From positions 1,958 through 65,957 of the forward strand of contig MHOO01000011.1 in NCBI GenBank assembly GCA_001820095.1: a stretch of DNA of 64,000 bases, written 5' to 3'. Positions 9,569 to 19,603 of the stretch are shown here, one piece after another (position 1 is the first letter of the stretch; each line of letters starts with the position of its first letter). A program made the position numbers and the translations under genes. The notes below the pieces were generated by a model. The model was not told where the DNA came from. It saw only the letters and a program-made list of their open reading frames with translations, and did no database searches. The stretch is from Candidatus Staskawiczbacteria bacterium RIFCSPHIGHO2_01_FULL_39_25. Its GTDB lineage: Bacteria; Patescibacteriota; Minisyncoccia; Minisyncoccales; Staskawiczbacteraceae.

Positions 9569-9910
9569 CTATCTCTGCTCTTTTTTCAATTTTTCTAAAA
9601 GCTCTTCAACTTTGGCAGCCTCGGCAATAACCTTGTCTTTTATAAAGATAATTTTAGGAATCGGCCGCATATTGAGCATCTTATTTATCTTCTGCTGGAT
9701 ATCATACACCCCCTTATTTAAGACTTCAACTACCTTATCTGTTTTTTCCTCCGGAAAAGCGGAAATATAGGCTTTTGCTTCAATTAAGTTGGCAGTGGCA
9801 TCCACGTGGGTCAAAGTGACCAATGTGCCGTGAAAATTAAAATCCCTTGAAATAATTTTACCTATTTCGTGCTCCAGCAAAGAATTAACTTTTTCTATGC
9901 GATTTGGCAT
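9569..9910 (-). CDS. rbfA: Ribosome-binding factor A
   Basis: RIEKVNSLL, MRPIPKIIF; follows infB. Confidence 0.9.
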   Translation of the reverse strand: MPNRIEKVNSLLEHEIGKIISRDFNFHGTLVTLTHVDATANLIEAKAYISAFPEEKTDKVVEVLNKGVYDIQQKINKMLNMRPIPKIIFIKDKVIAEAAKVEELLEKLKKEQR

Positions 9911-11469
9911 TATAATGCGCCCTTTTTGCGTTCTTCGGTAAATGCGACTAATATATCTGATTTTTCCACCTTAACGTTACCTTCAAATAAAATGCCGCAT
10001 TCATCTCCCTTTTTCAGCAAATCCATATCTTTTTTATCGCGCTGGAGGTTGATTATTTTGCCCGTTCCCACTTTTGCCTCATTGCGAAATACTTCCAGCC
10101 TTACCCCTTTTTTAATTTCGCCTTCCGTAATCTTTCCGCCTACAATCTGGCGGTTTTTTTCGGCAAAAAAGATGATAATGGCTTTAATTTTGCCCATTTC
10201 CTTGCGGATAGTTTCCGGCTCCAATGATTTTTCCATGCTATTCCTTGCCTCCTGGATCAACTCATAGATCACGTCAAACGTTTTTATCCTGACTGTCTTT
10301 TTTACGTCTTTTCTTAGCAATTGCAGTACTGCCGGATTAATTTTCACCCTGAAACCGATAATCTGGGCCTTAGACATTTCAGCCAGCTTTGCGTCTGATT
10401 CATTAATTTCCCCAACTTCACTCTTTAAAATCCTTAACATTACCTGGTCTTGAGGAAGGCCTTTCAACATGCCTTCAATGGCTTCCAGCGAGCCAAATAC
10501 ATCGCCCTTTAAAATAAGATGCAGTACTTTTTTATCGGCAGGAATATCTAACACTGTGGTACTGATTTCTCGTTTCTGCTCCCCCAGTTTTATTTTTTCT
10601 TCAGCCTGGGGAATAGTAGCATACATTTTGAATTTTTCCCCTACGCCCGGCACCGTTTGGAACCCCAATACAACGGCTGGCTGGCTTGGATAGGCTTGAA
10701 CAATGGCCTTGCCTTGGAAATCTTCCAATGACTTTACTTTAGCTAAGGCTAAATCAGTGGCAATGATATTTTTTTGCTTTAAAATCCCCTTTTCAACAAT
10801 CACGGTTACTACCGGCCCTTTCAGGCTATCCATGTATGATTCTATCACCAAGCCCTCTGCCGGCGCTTCTACGTCTGCCGTTAAATCCTGGAGGTCTGCT
10901 ACCAGCAAAATCATTTCCAGCAGTTCATTGATGCCTTTTTTTTCTTTGGCTGAAACATTGACCGATGGCACCTGTCCGCCCATTGATTCCACAAAAATAT
11001 CTATCTTTGAAAGCTCCCGTTTTATTTTTTCCGGGTCAGCTGTAGGAAGATCTATTTTATTCAACACCACAATCATAGGAATTTCAGCTTTTTTAATGGA
11101 GAGGATTGCCTCTTTGGTCTGGAGTTGAACGCTTTGGGCCGCATCCACTACCAAAAGAGCGATATCGGCGACATCGGCTCCGCGCAACCTCATAGCTGAA
11201 AACGCCTCGTGGCCGGGGGTGTCAATAAAAGTAATTTTTTTGCCGTGATGGTCTACTTCATAGGCCCCGATATGCTGGGTAATGCCCCCGGATTCTTTTG
11301 AGGTTATCTTAAAATCTTTTATGGCTTCTAACAAAGAGCTTTTTCCATGATCTACGTGACCTAAAACCACCACCACCGGCGGCCTTTTCCAAACTTCCTT
11401 TTGAGCTTGCTTTGGAGCTTCTTTTGGGAAATGAGGCTCTGCGCCTGTTTTTTTCTTTTTAGTTACCAT
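9910..11469 (-). CDS. infB: Translation initiation factor IF-2 (lacks long N-domain)
   Basis: [38 protein letters not shown]. Confidence 0.97.
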   Translation of the reverse strand: MVTKKKKTGAEPHFPKEAPKQAQKEVWKRPPVVVVLGHVDHGKSSLLEAIKDFKITSKESGGITQHIGAYEVDHHGKKITFIDTPGHEAFSAMRLRGADVADIALLVVDAAQSVQLQTKEAILSIKKAEIPMIVVLNKIDLPTADPEKIKRELSKIDIFVESMGGQVPSVNVSAKEKKGINELLEMILLVADLQDLTADVEAPAEGLVIESYMDSLKGPVVTVIVEKGILKQKNIIATDLALAKVKSLEDFQGKAIVQAYPSQPAVVLGFQTVPGVGEKFKMYATIPQAEEKIKLGEQKREISTTVLDIPADKKVLHLILKGDVFGSLEAIEGMLKGLPQDQVMLRILKSEVGEINESDAKLAEMSKAQIIGFRVKINPAVLQLLRKDVKKTVRIKTFDVIYELIQEARNSMEKSLEPETIRKEMGKIKAIIIFFAEKNRQIVGGKITEGEIKKGVRLEVFRNEAKVGTGKIINLQRDKKDMDLLKKGDECGILFEGNVKVEKSDILVAFTEERKKGAL

Positions 11470-11470
11470 A

Positions 11471-11947
11471 TTACTTTTGGGGTGTAGGATTTATAGCTCT
11501 TGCTATTGCTTCTTTTTCTTCAGCGGAAAGAGTATAGTCTGACTTTCCTTTCACTACTGATTTTGCGTACATCCGGTTTCCTTCTTTGATAAAAAGGCTG
11601 GAAATAACAAAACCGCTATTTTCTTTATCCAGCAAAGCAATGACAAAACTTTGATTCCCGCCCATTTCATTAAAAGGATTAAATCTGACCACGCCTATTT
11701 TTTGAAAAGCTACTTTGGAAATATCTTCTAAAGACTTTATCCTTTCTAAGGCTTGGCCTATGCTTGCTTCCATATCTTTTGTTTTTTCAATCTGCGAAAA
11801 GAGCACCTCCCGTAAATCTTTTATTTTCCCTTTTTCCAACAAAGCATCAATGGCTCGGTTCATTTTTAGGTAGTAGAAAAACAAAAAAAAGCTTATCAAA
11901 GCCAAGAAACATATTATTATCGCGAGAACTATTACGAGTAACTCCAT
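11471..11947 (-). CDS. DUF4446-like membrane-anchored protein
   Basis: QKIGVVRFNPFNEMGGNQSFVIALLD, YAKSV, LSAEE. Confidence 0.75.
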   Translation of the reverse strand: MELLVIVLAIIICFLALISFFLFFYYLKMNRAIDALLEKGKIKDLREVLFSQIEKTKDMEASIGQALERIKSLEDISKVAFQKIGVVRFNPFNEMGGNQSFVIALLDKENSGFVISSLFIKEGNRMYAKSVVKGKSDYTLSAEEKEAIARAINPTPQK

Positions 11948-11988
11948 AGTGATTACAACTATTATACCCGTCAGTATATACTAATTTT

Positions 11989-12120
11989 ATGGAGGATTCA
12001 ACTTTGTCTTTCTGGCATATTCATACACGGAAGGGAATGCTTCCCTCGGTCGGGATTTTCCGCTTATGCGGATAAATCTCGCGACCTGATCCGACCCATC
12101 CCTTGGGTTCGAGTCCCACA
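11989..12120. repeat. Palindromic element with tRNA-T-arm-like ends containing a nested 39-bp hairpin
   Basis: ggaggattcaac ... ggttcgagtcccac; nested ggtcgggattttccgcttatgcggataaatctcgcgacc (12048-12086). Confidence 0.6.
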
Positions 12121-12170
12121 ACCACGAATTTAAAATTTTAACCAAAAAGATTTAGTTAAAATGATTAAAG

Positions 12171-12254
12171 CGGTGGGTGCAGGACTCGAACCTGCAAGGG
12201 GATTGCTCCCGCTGGTTTTCGAAACCAGTGCCTTACCAATTAGACTAACCCACC
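12171..12254 (-). tRNA. tRNA-Ser(CGA)
   Basis: CTGGT-TTCGAAA-ACCAG, long variable arm, G73. Confidence 0.95.
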
Positions 12255-12328
12255 ATATTTAAATTATATGGCATACTTAACAAAAATGCGGCCCAAAGCC
12301 GCATTTTTTAAATTTGATGATTTTAAAG

Positions 12329-12718
12329 CTAGCTCTTTGGCTCCTCTGTATGGTCAGGATTTTTTACTATCACTTTGTGCCAGTCGTTATAATCGTAGAT
12401 ATCTTGGATAATTACTCCACATACTACTCCTGCAAAAAAAGTGGGCAAATAAAAGAAGTCTATCACCCAAATTATAGCTAAAAGAATAATTCCCATAATC
12501 CAATGGTGAAGATGGATGGTCCATTTTCCATAATCTATGAATATAGAATCTACTTTGCCGCTTTTTACAAAGAGGTTGCAGAAAGCTTTAGAAAGAATAT
12601 AACCAAGAACGATGCCTCCGGTAAACAGAAAAGAATAGTAAAAGGAGGGTACCAGCACGATTGCCGGCAAGAACATTTTAACTTTAGAATTGTTGTTTTC
12701 GGCCATATTTTTACTCAA
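12329..12718 (-). CDS. Hypothetical membrane protein
   Basis: Hydrophobic segments, HLHHW motif; start may be 12706. Confidence 0.7.
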   Translation of the reverse strand: MSKNMAENNNSKVKMFLPAIVLVPSFYYSFLFTGGIVLGYILSKAFCNLFVKSGKVDSIFIDYGKWTIHLHHWIMGIILLAIIWVIDFFYLPTFFAGVVCGVIIQDIYDYNDWHKVIVKNPDHTEEPKS

Positions 12719-12915
12719 TTATGCTAAAATCGAGTGAACTTATTTAGCTCTAAATGCGACCAATATACCTATTTTTAGATATCCACAACTATGGTAAGTG
12801 TACGCCTTTTAAGGCTTCTAGTCAAGACCTTTCAGATATGCTATCATTTACTAATTACCCATTTGCAAAAGTCCAAATTTGCAAAGGTCCAAAAAAAATA
12901 ATTAATTTAATTTAT

Positions 12916-13251
12916 ATGATCATAATGGATCCTCAAGAAGTCCACGCAACAGCGGGTTTCGGCCAAGTTGATTTAATCGTTTCATCCATAGCAATTTTTA
13001 TCGGCCTTGTTTCAATTTATCTGATAATAAAGCTTACTAAAAATCTTGGCGGAAAAATTAAATCTGCGTTGCAGTTTTTCATTCTAGGAGTATCGGCAAA
13101 TATTCTGGCTATGATATGGAACATATTATTCGGCCATACCTTTACCATAAGTATTATTACGGTAGATGCGCACAACATTTTGATGGCTATAGGCATGATT
13201 TTTTTCATTATTTCAACTTACCGGTTCTCTTTGCTTATTCCCCGCAACTAA
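12916..13251 (+). CDS. Small 3-TM membrane protein, possible sensor partner of the downstream kinase
   Basis: Three hydrophobic helices; 22 bp upstream of the HK gene; start chosen at the internal Met. Confidence 0.65.
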   Translation: MIIMDPQEVHATAGFGQVDLIVSSIAIFIGLVSIYLIIKLTKNLGGKIKSALQFFILGVSANILAMIWNILFGHTFTISIITVDAHNILMAIGMIFFIISTYRFSLLIPRN

Positions 13252-13273
13252 AAAATATAGCTCATAACTAACG

Positions 13274-14467
13274 ATGGATGAAAAAAACAAAAATATCCTA
13301 TATGATTTTATAGTCCTTTTCATTGAAAAGGCAATGGATTTGCTAGGATCGGACCAAATTACCAATGCCATTGGCAAGGAAAATATTAAGCAAAAGTTTT
13401 TAAAAACAAAAAAGACAGCGCTGGTTGATGCGCTTGCTTCTCTGGATAAAGAAAGCATAAAACGCAAGATAACTACTATTATTGGGTTTTTATCAAATAA
13501 TTTTGGGGTTGATTTAACTGAAAAAACCCTAGAAGAAATATATAGCATCCAAGAAAGAAGGTATTCCCCGGTTCTTGCCAATGATATTATTCTGCCCTTA
13601 ATATCCGATAATTTTTTAGAAAAATATAGGTTGCAGTACCTATCTAAGGAACAGCTTGAAGCTAAGGTCATTGAAAAAACCAAAGAACTATTAGAATTAA
13701 ACGCTAAATTAGAAAAAAAAGTTTCTGAAAGAACAGCGGAGCTGACTCAAGCGAACAAAGAACTAAAAGAATTAGATGAAAGAAAATCTGAATTTTTGTC
13801 TATTATCGCCCATCAGCTGCGCACGCCCCTTTCAGGAATTAAATGGACGCTCAATATGTTAATTCACGGCGATCTCGGGCCGATTTCAAAGGAACAAGAA
13901 CGGTATTTGATAAAAAGCTATGAGGGCAACGAACGGTTAATTGCGATTGTTGAAACCATGCTAAGCGCCAATCGGATTGATTCGGCAAAATATGAATTGG
14001 ATTTAGAGAAGAATGAAATCGTTAACTTAGTGTTAGAAGTAATATCTGATAATTTGCCCTATGCAAAAACAAGAAATGTAACTATTCATTTTGAAAATCC
14101 CGATATTGTTATTCCCGAATTTATCTTTGACAAGGAAAAAATGCGCGATGTGCTGCAAAATCTGATTGATAACGCCATAAAATACAGCCGCCCCGCAGGA
14201 AAAGTAACTATTACCCTGCAGTATACGGACAATAAAGTTGAATTTGCCATTAAAGATAATGGCATTGGCATACCGACAGACCAGCAAGCTTTAATTTTTT
14301 CCCGTTTTTTTCGCAGCCACAATGCCCAATCGGCAGATCCTAATGGCAACGGGCTTGGCTTATTCATCGTTAAGAGTATAATAAATCTGCACGGAGGCAG
14401 GGTATGGTTTGAAAGCAAACAGAATTCCGGCACCGTTTTCCACTTTTCTCTTAACGCTAACCATTAA
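13274..14467 (+). CDS. Sensor histidine kinase (no TM)
   Basis: H-box AHQLRTPL, N-box NLIDNAIKY, DNGIG, GNGLGL. Confidence 0.95.
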   Translation: MDEKNKNILYDFIVLFIEKAMDLLGSDQITNAIGKENIKQKFLKTKKTALVDALASLDKESIKRKITTIIGFLSNNFGVDLTEKTLEEIYSIQERRYSPVLANDIILPLISDNFLEKYRLQYLSKEQLEAKVIEKTKELLELNAKLEKKVSERTAELTQANKELKELDERKSEFLSIIAHQLRTPLSGIKWTLNMLIHGDLGPISKEQERYLIKSYEGNERLIAIVETMLSANRIDSAKYELDLEKNEIVNLVLEVISDNLPYAKTRNVTIHFENPDIVIPEFIFDKEKMRDVLQNLIDNAIKYSRPAGKVTITLQYTDNKVEFAIKDNGIGIPTDQQALIFSRFFRSHNAQSADPNGNGLGLFIVKSIINLHGGRVWFESKQNSGTVFHFSLNANH

Positions 14468-14478
14468 TGCACTAAAAA

Positions 14479-14877
14479 ATGACAACAGAAAATGTCACAA
14501 TTCTTCATAATAAAAAAATCCTCTGGGTTGAAGATGACACCTTTTTAATGGATATCATCGCCAAGAAGCTTTCCCAGATAGGGGCAATCCTCATTTATGC
14601 TACGGAAGGGAGCCAAGCCTTGTCCATTGCGGCAGAAAAGAAACCCGATATCATCATACTTGATATTTTGCTCCCCGGGTTAGATGGTTTAGAAATCCTT
14701 TCTAAACTTAAGTTTTCCCCCCACACCAAAGATATTCCCGTCATTATGTTTTCCAATTCAGATGAAGAATCGCAAGTTAAAGAAAGTGAAAAGTTGGGTG
14801 CTAGCGGGTTCTTTATCAAAGCCTCAGTAACTTTAGATGATATCATAGAAAAAATCAGCGAGGTTCTTTCCAAGTAA
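14479..14877 (+). CDS. Single-domain response regulator
   Basis: VEDD, LDILLPGLDG, FSN, IK. Confidence 0.93.
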   Translation: MTTENVTILHNKKILWVEDDTFLMDIIAKKLSQIGAILIYATEGSQALSIAAEKKPDIIILDILLPGLDGLEILSKLKFSPHTKDIPVIMFSNSDEESQVKESEKLGASGFFIKASVTLDDIIEKISEVLSK

Positions 14878-14931
14878 TATATTGTTAAACAAAAAGCTAT
14901 GGATTCTGCCCATAGCTTTTTGTTTAACAAG

Positions 14932-15004
14932 TGCCCTCGATAGGAATCGAACCTATATTTGCCCCTTAGGACGGGGCTGTTCTGATCCATTGAACTACGA
15001 AGGC
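14932..15004 (-). tRNA. tRNA-Arg(CCU)
   Basis: GCCCC-GTCCTAA-GGGGC. Confidence 0.93.
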
Positions 15005-15068
15005 TAAATTCTTACTTCATAGTATACAAAAATAAACAATTTGCAATGGTTTTGAAAGTTCTGTATAA

Positions 15069-15333
15069 TTACTTTGAGTTACGAAATGCTTTCGCGGTAT
15101 TTTTCCAGAATTTGGAGATAGAAATTTGATAGAATTTTAAAATGTAGCAAGCTACATTTTAAAATTATTGCGAATTTATAGCCCAAATTCTGGTAGGGAC
15201 GCGCAGGGTCGCGAGAAATTCCCGCGAAGCGGGATTTCCCGACCTAGGCGTAATTCGCTTTAGCGAATTCGCCCCGTCCTAGAAAAGACCCGAAAAAAAA
15301 CGTTTTACATGGGCATTTCGTAATTCAAAGTAA
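15069..15333. mobile_element. MITE-like palindromic element, copy 1, with nested insertion 15194-15281
   Basis: Terminal IR tactttgagttacgaaatgc / gcatttcgtaattcaaagta; homologous to 19160-19336 and 57345-57524. Confidence 0.8.
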
Positions 15334-15364
15334 ATACTAAAAATTAGTTAAATGCCATTATAGT

Positions 15365-16408
15365 ATGCCAAAATATTCATCCCCCATCGTAGAAATAGCA
15401 AAAAAATCCTGTCCGGCAGTCATTACGATTGTAGTTTCAAAAGACTTGCCCAAGGTAGAAGATTTTTATAGTTTTCCTTACGGAGGCAAAGAATATATCA
15501 TGCCCATGACAGGAAAAGGCGCCCATGGAAAATTGGAAAAAACCCAGATTGGAGGAGGGTCCGGATTTATCATTTCTCCCGATGGATATGTTATAACCTC
15601 AAACCACGTGGTAGCTGATATCACTGCTGACTATACCGTCATTGTGGACCCGACTCAAAAATATTCCGCCAAAGTGCTGTCAAGAAACCCCATTAACGAT
15701 ATTGCCATTTTGAAGGTTGACGGGCGCAATTTGCCGTATCTGGAATTGCATAATTCTGATAAAATCCAATTGGGGGAAGAAGTAGTTGCTATTGGAAATG
15801 CCTTGGGAGAGTTTCAGGACACATTATCAGCTGGCATAGTATCGGGCCTGTCCCGCTACATCACAGCCTTTGGAGGCATAGACCACCAAATGCAGAATTT
15901 ACGGGGCTTGATACAAACCGATGCCGCAATCAACCCTGGCAACTCTGGAGGGCCCTTGGTCAATATGGAAGGAAAGGTAATTGGGATAAATACCGCAATG
16001 ATTATGGGAGCCCAAAATATCGGGTTTGCCATACCCATTAATTATGCAAAAAAGGATCTGGCCGAAGTGCAAAAATATGGAAAAATAGTGGTTCCATTTT
16101 TAGGGGTAAAATATGTCTTGCTTTCAAAAGAAATGGCGCAGGCAAATAAACTGCCCGTAAGCGACGGGGCATTGGTGGTAAGAGAAGCATTGGGAGAACC
16201 TCCGGTAATCAAGGGGTCAGCCGCCGAAAGGGCGGGCATGAAGGAATTTGATATTATTTTGGAGTGCAATAAACAGAAAATCTCCGCCCAAAATCCATTA
16301 GCCCATATTCTGCAAAAATGCAAAATTGGCCAAGAAACACACTTTAAGGTACTGCGCGAGGGACAGGAAATGATACTCAAAGCAACGTTGGAAGAAAAAA
16401 TTTCATAA
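15365..16408 (+). CDS. HtrA/DegP-like trypsin serine protease with PDZ domain
   Basis: GGGSGFII, TSNHVV, DIA, IQTDAAINPGNSGGPL, C-terminal PDZ. Confidence 0.93.
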   Translation: MPKYSSPIVEIAKKSCPAVITIVVSKDLPKVEDFYSFPYGGKEYIMPMTGKGAHGKLEKTQIGGGSGFIISPDGYVITSNHVVADITADYTVIVDPTQKYSAKVLSRNPINDIAILKVDGRNLPYLELHNSDKIQLGEEVVAIGNALGEFQDTLSAGIVSGLSRYITAFGGIDHQMQNLRGLIQTDAAINPGNSGGPLVNMEGKVIGINTAMIMGAQNIGFAIPINYAKKDLAEVQKYGKIVVPFLGVKYVLLSKEMAQANKLPVSDGALVVREALGEPPVIKGSAAERAGMKEFDIILECNKQKISAQNPLAHILQKCKIGQETHFKVLREGQEMILKATLEEKIS

Positions 16409-16426
16409 GTATCCAATATAGATTTA

Positions 16427-16460
16427 TTCAAAAAAACAGCCCGCGGGCTGTTTTTTTGAA
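16427..16460 (+). terminator. Intrinsic terminator
   Basis: ttcaaaaaaacagcccgcgggctgtttttttgaa. Confidence 0.75.
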
Positions 16461-16468
16461 TGCCTGCC

Positions 16469-16541
16469 TTTACAGGGTTATCAATATTTTATATACTTTC
16501 TTAATGTGTAGTTTTCCCGTTCTTTGACAACATGGAAGGAG
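16469..16541 (+). promoter_or_regulatory. Sigma70 promoter, boxA-like motif and SD
   Basis: TTTACA-17-TATACT; GTTCTTTGACAA at 16519-16530; GGAAGGAG. Confidence 0.6.
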
Positions 16542-16542
16542 A

Positions 16543-17343
16543 ATGACCATGGCAGCAAAAGTAAAAAATAGTTTGGATTTTTATCTGGAAAAAATTTCAG
16601 AAACTCCTCTTCTGACTCCTGATGAAGAAAGGGTGCTTGCAGAAAAAATAGCGGAAGGAAGAAAAGCTAAAGATAAGTTGGCTATGGCAAATTTGAGATT
16701 AGTAGCTTCCATCGCCAAAAAGTACGCTGGTTGGTCTTCAAATTTCACCCTGGAAGATTTGGTCCAAGAGGGTAATGTTGGCCTTCTTAAAGCAATTGAA
16801 AAATTTGATCTCGCCCAAGGATGCAAATTTTGCACGTATGCTACCTATTGGATTAAGGAATCTATTTTTGAAGCCTTAATCTATAAGGGAAAAATGATTA
16901 GGACTCCCTCGTACATGGTCTGTAAAGTGGCTAAATATAATAAGGCAAAATCTCTTCTAAGGACAAAGTTGGGAAGAGATCCTTCAGAAAATGAATTGCA
17001 AAGGCGTCTGGGTTGGAACCTAGAAAATATTCATAAGGTAAAAGAATGCAGCGAACGTGATGCCCTGCCCACGGCTCCCCTTAGCGAGGAAATCGGAAGC
17101 ATACCTCTCTATGAAGAAGACCCCTTAAGCGCAATTACTGCCGCAGAAGACCTGGAAATTTTAGAAAAGATACTCCAGAAATGTTCTCTTCAAGAACAAA
17201 CGATACTTTCGATGAGATTCGGCCTTAAAGGCGCTGAAAGCCAATCAAGCTTTAAAAAGATAGGAGAACATCTCGGCATAAGCAGAGAAAGAGTTCGCCG
17301 AATTCAAGAAGAGACCTTCGAAAAAATCCGCGAGTGCGGATAA
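16543..17343 (+). CDS. Alternative sigma-70 family RNA polymerase sigma factor
   Basis: ANLRLVASIAKKY, DLVQEGNVGLLKAIEKFD, KFCTYATYWI, ISRERVRRIQ. Confidence 0.92.
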   Translation: MTMAAKVKNSLDFYLEKISETPLLTPDEERVLAEKIAEGRKAKDKLAMANLRLVASIAKKYAGWSSNFTLEDLVQEGNVGLLKAIEKFDLAQGCKFCTYATYWIKESIFEALIYKGKMIRTPSYMVCKVAKYNKAKSLLRTKLGRDPSENELQRRLGWNLENIHKVKECSERDALPTAPLSEEIGSIPLYEEDPLSAITAAEDLEILEKILQKCSLQEQTILSMRFGLKGAESQSSFKKIGEHLGISRERVRRIQEETFEKIRECG

Positions 17344-17405
17344 TTCCTTCCATATTATTATACTTAGCCTATGGTTTTACCGTAGGCTCTTTTATTTATT
17401 TACAG

Positions 17406-17430
17406 TTTACAGACTCCCGGAGTCTGTAAA
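17406..17430. repeat. REP-like palindrome
   Basis: tttacagactcc-c-ggagtctgtaaa; identical copy at 52823-52849. Confidence 0.8.
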
Positions 17431-17451
17431 ATACGGGGGTCTGTAAAATAG

Positions 17452-18198
17452 CTATAACTGTATCCTTGAAAATTGATACGCGCCAATTGCCAGCATTATC
17501 AGTGTAACACCCACTAATACTGAAATGCTTACCATGGGGGAAAATACATGTGCTCCACTGAATGCGTAGCGCAATCCGTCCACCCCATAAGAAAATGGAT
17601 TAATTTTAGTTAAAAAACTTAATGCTGTTGGAAGGTCGCGAAGGGGAAAAATAGCCCCCGAAAGAAAGAATAAGGGTTGGACTAAAAAGTTAAAAATAAG
17701 GGGAAATCCTTGCATGTCATCAAGCCGGGCGGCAATGGCAGCTCCCATGGCAGAAGATAATATAGCAACTAAAAATAAAAAGAGGAATGCCAAGGGCAAG
17801 CTGGCTAATGAAGCCGGCCGAAAGCCCGCAACCAGCGTAATAAAGAATACCAATGTTCCTTGAATCATAGCTACCGTAGCTCCCCCCAATACTTTTCCTA
17901 AAAGAATATGCATCCGAGGAACTGGCGCTACCAAGGTTTCTTTCAAAAAGCCAAACTGCTTATCCCAGATAATTTCAAGACCAGTAAAAATGGATGTAAA
18001 AAGAACCGACATAACTATGATGCCAGGCGCTAGAAATTGGATGTAATTTCCTCCGCCAGCTTTGGCATAGATAGGGCTTAATCCAAACCCAATTGCCAAA
18101 AGAAAAATGATGGGCTGCCCAAGCGCTCCCACAATGCTGGCTTTTTTACGTATAAAGCGCTTCAACTGGCGCAACCATAAGATGTAAATACCGTTCAT
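17452..18198 (-). CDS. ABC-2 type transporter permease (DrrB-like)
   Basis: FLAPGII, DKQFGFLKETLVAP, FFLSGAIFP, NPFSYGVD; ATG at 18198 (the upstream extension is repeat-derived). Confidence 0.92.
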   Translation of the reverse strand: MNGIYILWLRQLKRFIRKKASIVGALGQPIIFLLAIGFGLSPIYAKAGGGNYIQFLAPGIIVMSVLFTSIFTGLEIIWDKQFGFLKETLVAPVPRMHILLGKVLGGATVAMIQGTLVFFITLVAGFRPASLASLPLAFLFLFLVAILSSAMGAAIAARLDDMQGFPLIFNFLVQPLFFLSGAIFPLRDLPTALSFLTKINPFSYGVDGLRYAFSGAHVFSPMVSISVLVGVTLIMLAIGAYQFSRIQL

Positions 18199-18204
18199 AG
18201 ATGA

Positions 18205-18353
18205 AATGATTCTAATTATTCTAATTGCTCTAATTATTCTAATCAATATCTAATGTCTCAATGACTAGTTGCTCAAGAAAACATTTTGGGCATTGGGATT
18301 TGGAAATTAGGACTTGATTAGGTCAATTAGAATAATTAGATTAATTAGAAATT
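18205..18353. repeat. Empty periodic inverted-arm element, CTAATT-NNN family
   Basis: tctaattattctaattgctctaattattctaatca ... tgattaggtcaattagaataattagattaattaga, between ATPase stop and permease start. Confidence 0.88.
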
Positions 18354-18357
18354 TTAA

Positions 18358-19152
18358 CTATCTCATTAATTTATTGTTGATTCGCATCTGGTTCAACCCT
18401 ACATTTCCCTGTTCTTCGCGCATGGTGCTACCCGTAAGGGTAATAAACGCATCTTCTAATTTATTGACTCCTGCTTTCTGGAGAATTTCCTCAATAGTTC
18501 CAATAATAAGGATCTTTCCATGGTCAATAATAGCAATTCGTTGGGCAATGCGTTCTACTTCCTCCATATGGTGGGTAGTAAAAAATATGGTAACGTGCTC
18601 TTTTTTATTCAAATTATTAATGTAGCTCCAAATATGGTTTCTGGTCTGGGGATCAAGGCCGATGGTGGGTTCATCTAGAAACAGTATTTTGGGGTGGTGC
18701 AGCAACCCGCGGGCAATTTCAAGGCGCCGTTTCATGCCTCCTGAAAAATTTTTCACAAATGAATCTCTGCGGTCATATAATTCCACTAAACGCAATAAAT
18801 CCAGAATACGCTCATGGTACATTGGTTTTTGCAATCCATAGAGAATGGCATGAAATTGCATATTTTCATAAGCGGTAAGTTCATTATCTAGGCTGGGATC
18901 TTGAAACACAATTCCAAAAGAAGCCCGCACTTGATGCTGCTGGCGCATGGGGTCGCATCCATTAATGATAATGCTTCCTGACGTAGGTTTTACCAAAGTG
19001 GTAAGCATTTTTATGGTAGTAGTTTTGCCCGCTCCATTGGGCCCTAAAAATGCAAATACTTCTCCCTTTTGCACACTAAAAGATATATCGTTTACGGCGG
19101 CAAAATCCCCATATTTTTTCGTAACACCTTTTGTTTCTATGATATTTTCCAT
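18358..19152 (-). CDS. ABC transporter ATP-binding protein (DrrA-like)
   Basis: GPNGAGKTT, FSGGMKRRLE, LDEPT. Confidence 0.95.
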   Translation of the reverse strand: MENIIETKGVTKKYGDFAAVNDISFSVQKGEVFAFLGPNGAGKTTTIKMLTTLVKPTSGSIIINGCDPMRQQHQVRASFGIVFQDPSLDNELTAYENMQFHAILYGLQKPMYHERILDLLRLVELYDRRDSFVKNFSGGMKRRLEIARGLLHHPKILFLDEPTIGLDPQTRNHIWSYINNLNKKEHVTIFFTTHHMEEVERIAQRIAIIDHGKILIIGTIEEILQKAGVNKLEDAFITLTGSTMREEQGNVGLNQMRINNKLMR

Positions 19153-19159
19153 TAGTATA

Positions 19160-19336
19160 ATACTTTGAATTACGAAATCCCTAATGAAAAGGCAAGTTTC
19201 AGGTCTTTTCTCTAAATTTCATCTGCAAATTTGCAATAATTGTGATGCGTAGGCAAGCTACGCCTCACAATTCTATCAAATTTTCGCCGTGAAATTTAAA
19301 GAAAATCCCTAGAAAGCATTTCGTAATTCAAAGTAT
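19160..19336. mobile_element. MITE-like palindromic element, copy 2 (inverted relative to copies 1 and 3)
   Basis: atactttgaattacgaaat ... atttcgtaattcaaagtat. Confidence 0.8.
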
Positions 19337-19374
19337 AATGATAAAAAATGGGGAATTAGAATTTAGTTAATGTG

Positions 19375-19446
19375 GGAGACTAACGGGATTTGCACCCGTG
19401 CTAACGCTGCCACAGAGCGTTGTGCTGCTGCTACACCATAGCCTCC
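19375..19446 (-). tRNA. tRNA-His(GUG)
   Basis: ACGCT-CTGTGGC-AGCGT; G-1:C73. Confidence 0.9.
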
Positions 19447-19456
19447 ATAATTTTTG

Positions 19457-19528
19457 TGCCCTCGATAGGAATCGAACCTATATATCCAACTTAGAAGGTT
19501 GGTGTTCTATCCATTGAACTACGAGGGC
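19457..19528 (-). tRNA. tRNA-Arg(UCU)
   Basis: CCAAC-CTTCTAA-GTTGG. Confidence 0.94.
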
Positions 19529-19603
19529 AAATCAGTTACAATCTTATCATAAATTTCTACCTTTGACAAGCCGGGCTTTTTCACGTATTATATTGATATA
19601 TAA

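Noticed and set aside
12030-12095. SRP RNA helix 8 on the minus strand (TCAGGTC...GGGAAGCA)
   Set aside because: The match is formed by the junction with a nested 39-bp repeat and there is no GNRA-capped stem; treated as a repeat. An Rfam search would settle it.
18199-18246. N-terminal extensions MIRIIRAIRIIR on the ABC permease, rnpA and the 60000 ORF (also long starts for clpP, cca, nusA, yebC, dnaA)
   Set aside because: Mostly translations of repeat arms or leaders in an open frame; homology begins at downstream starts.
14931-19484. attL/attR of an integrated element (28-bp identity between tRNA-Arg 3' ends)
   Set aside because: Both are complete tRNAs with different anticodons and no integrase lies between them.
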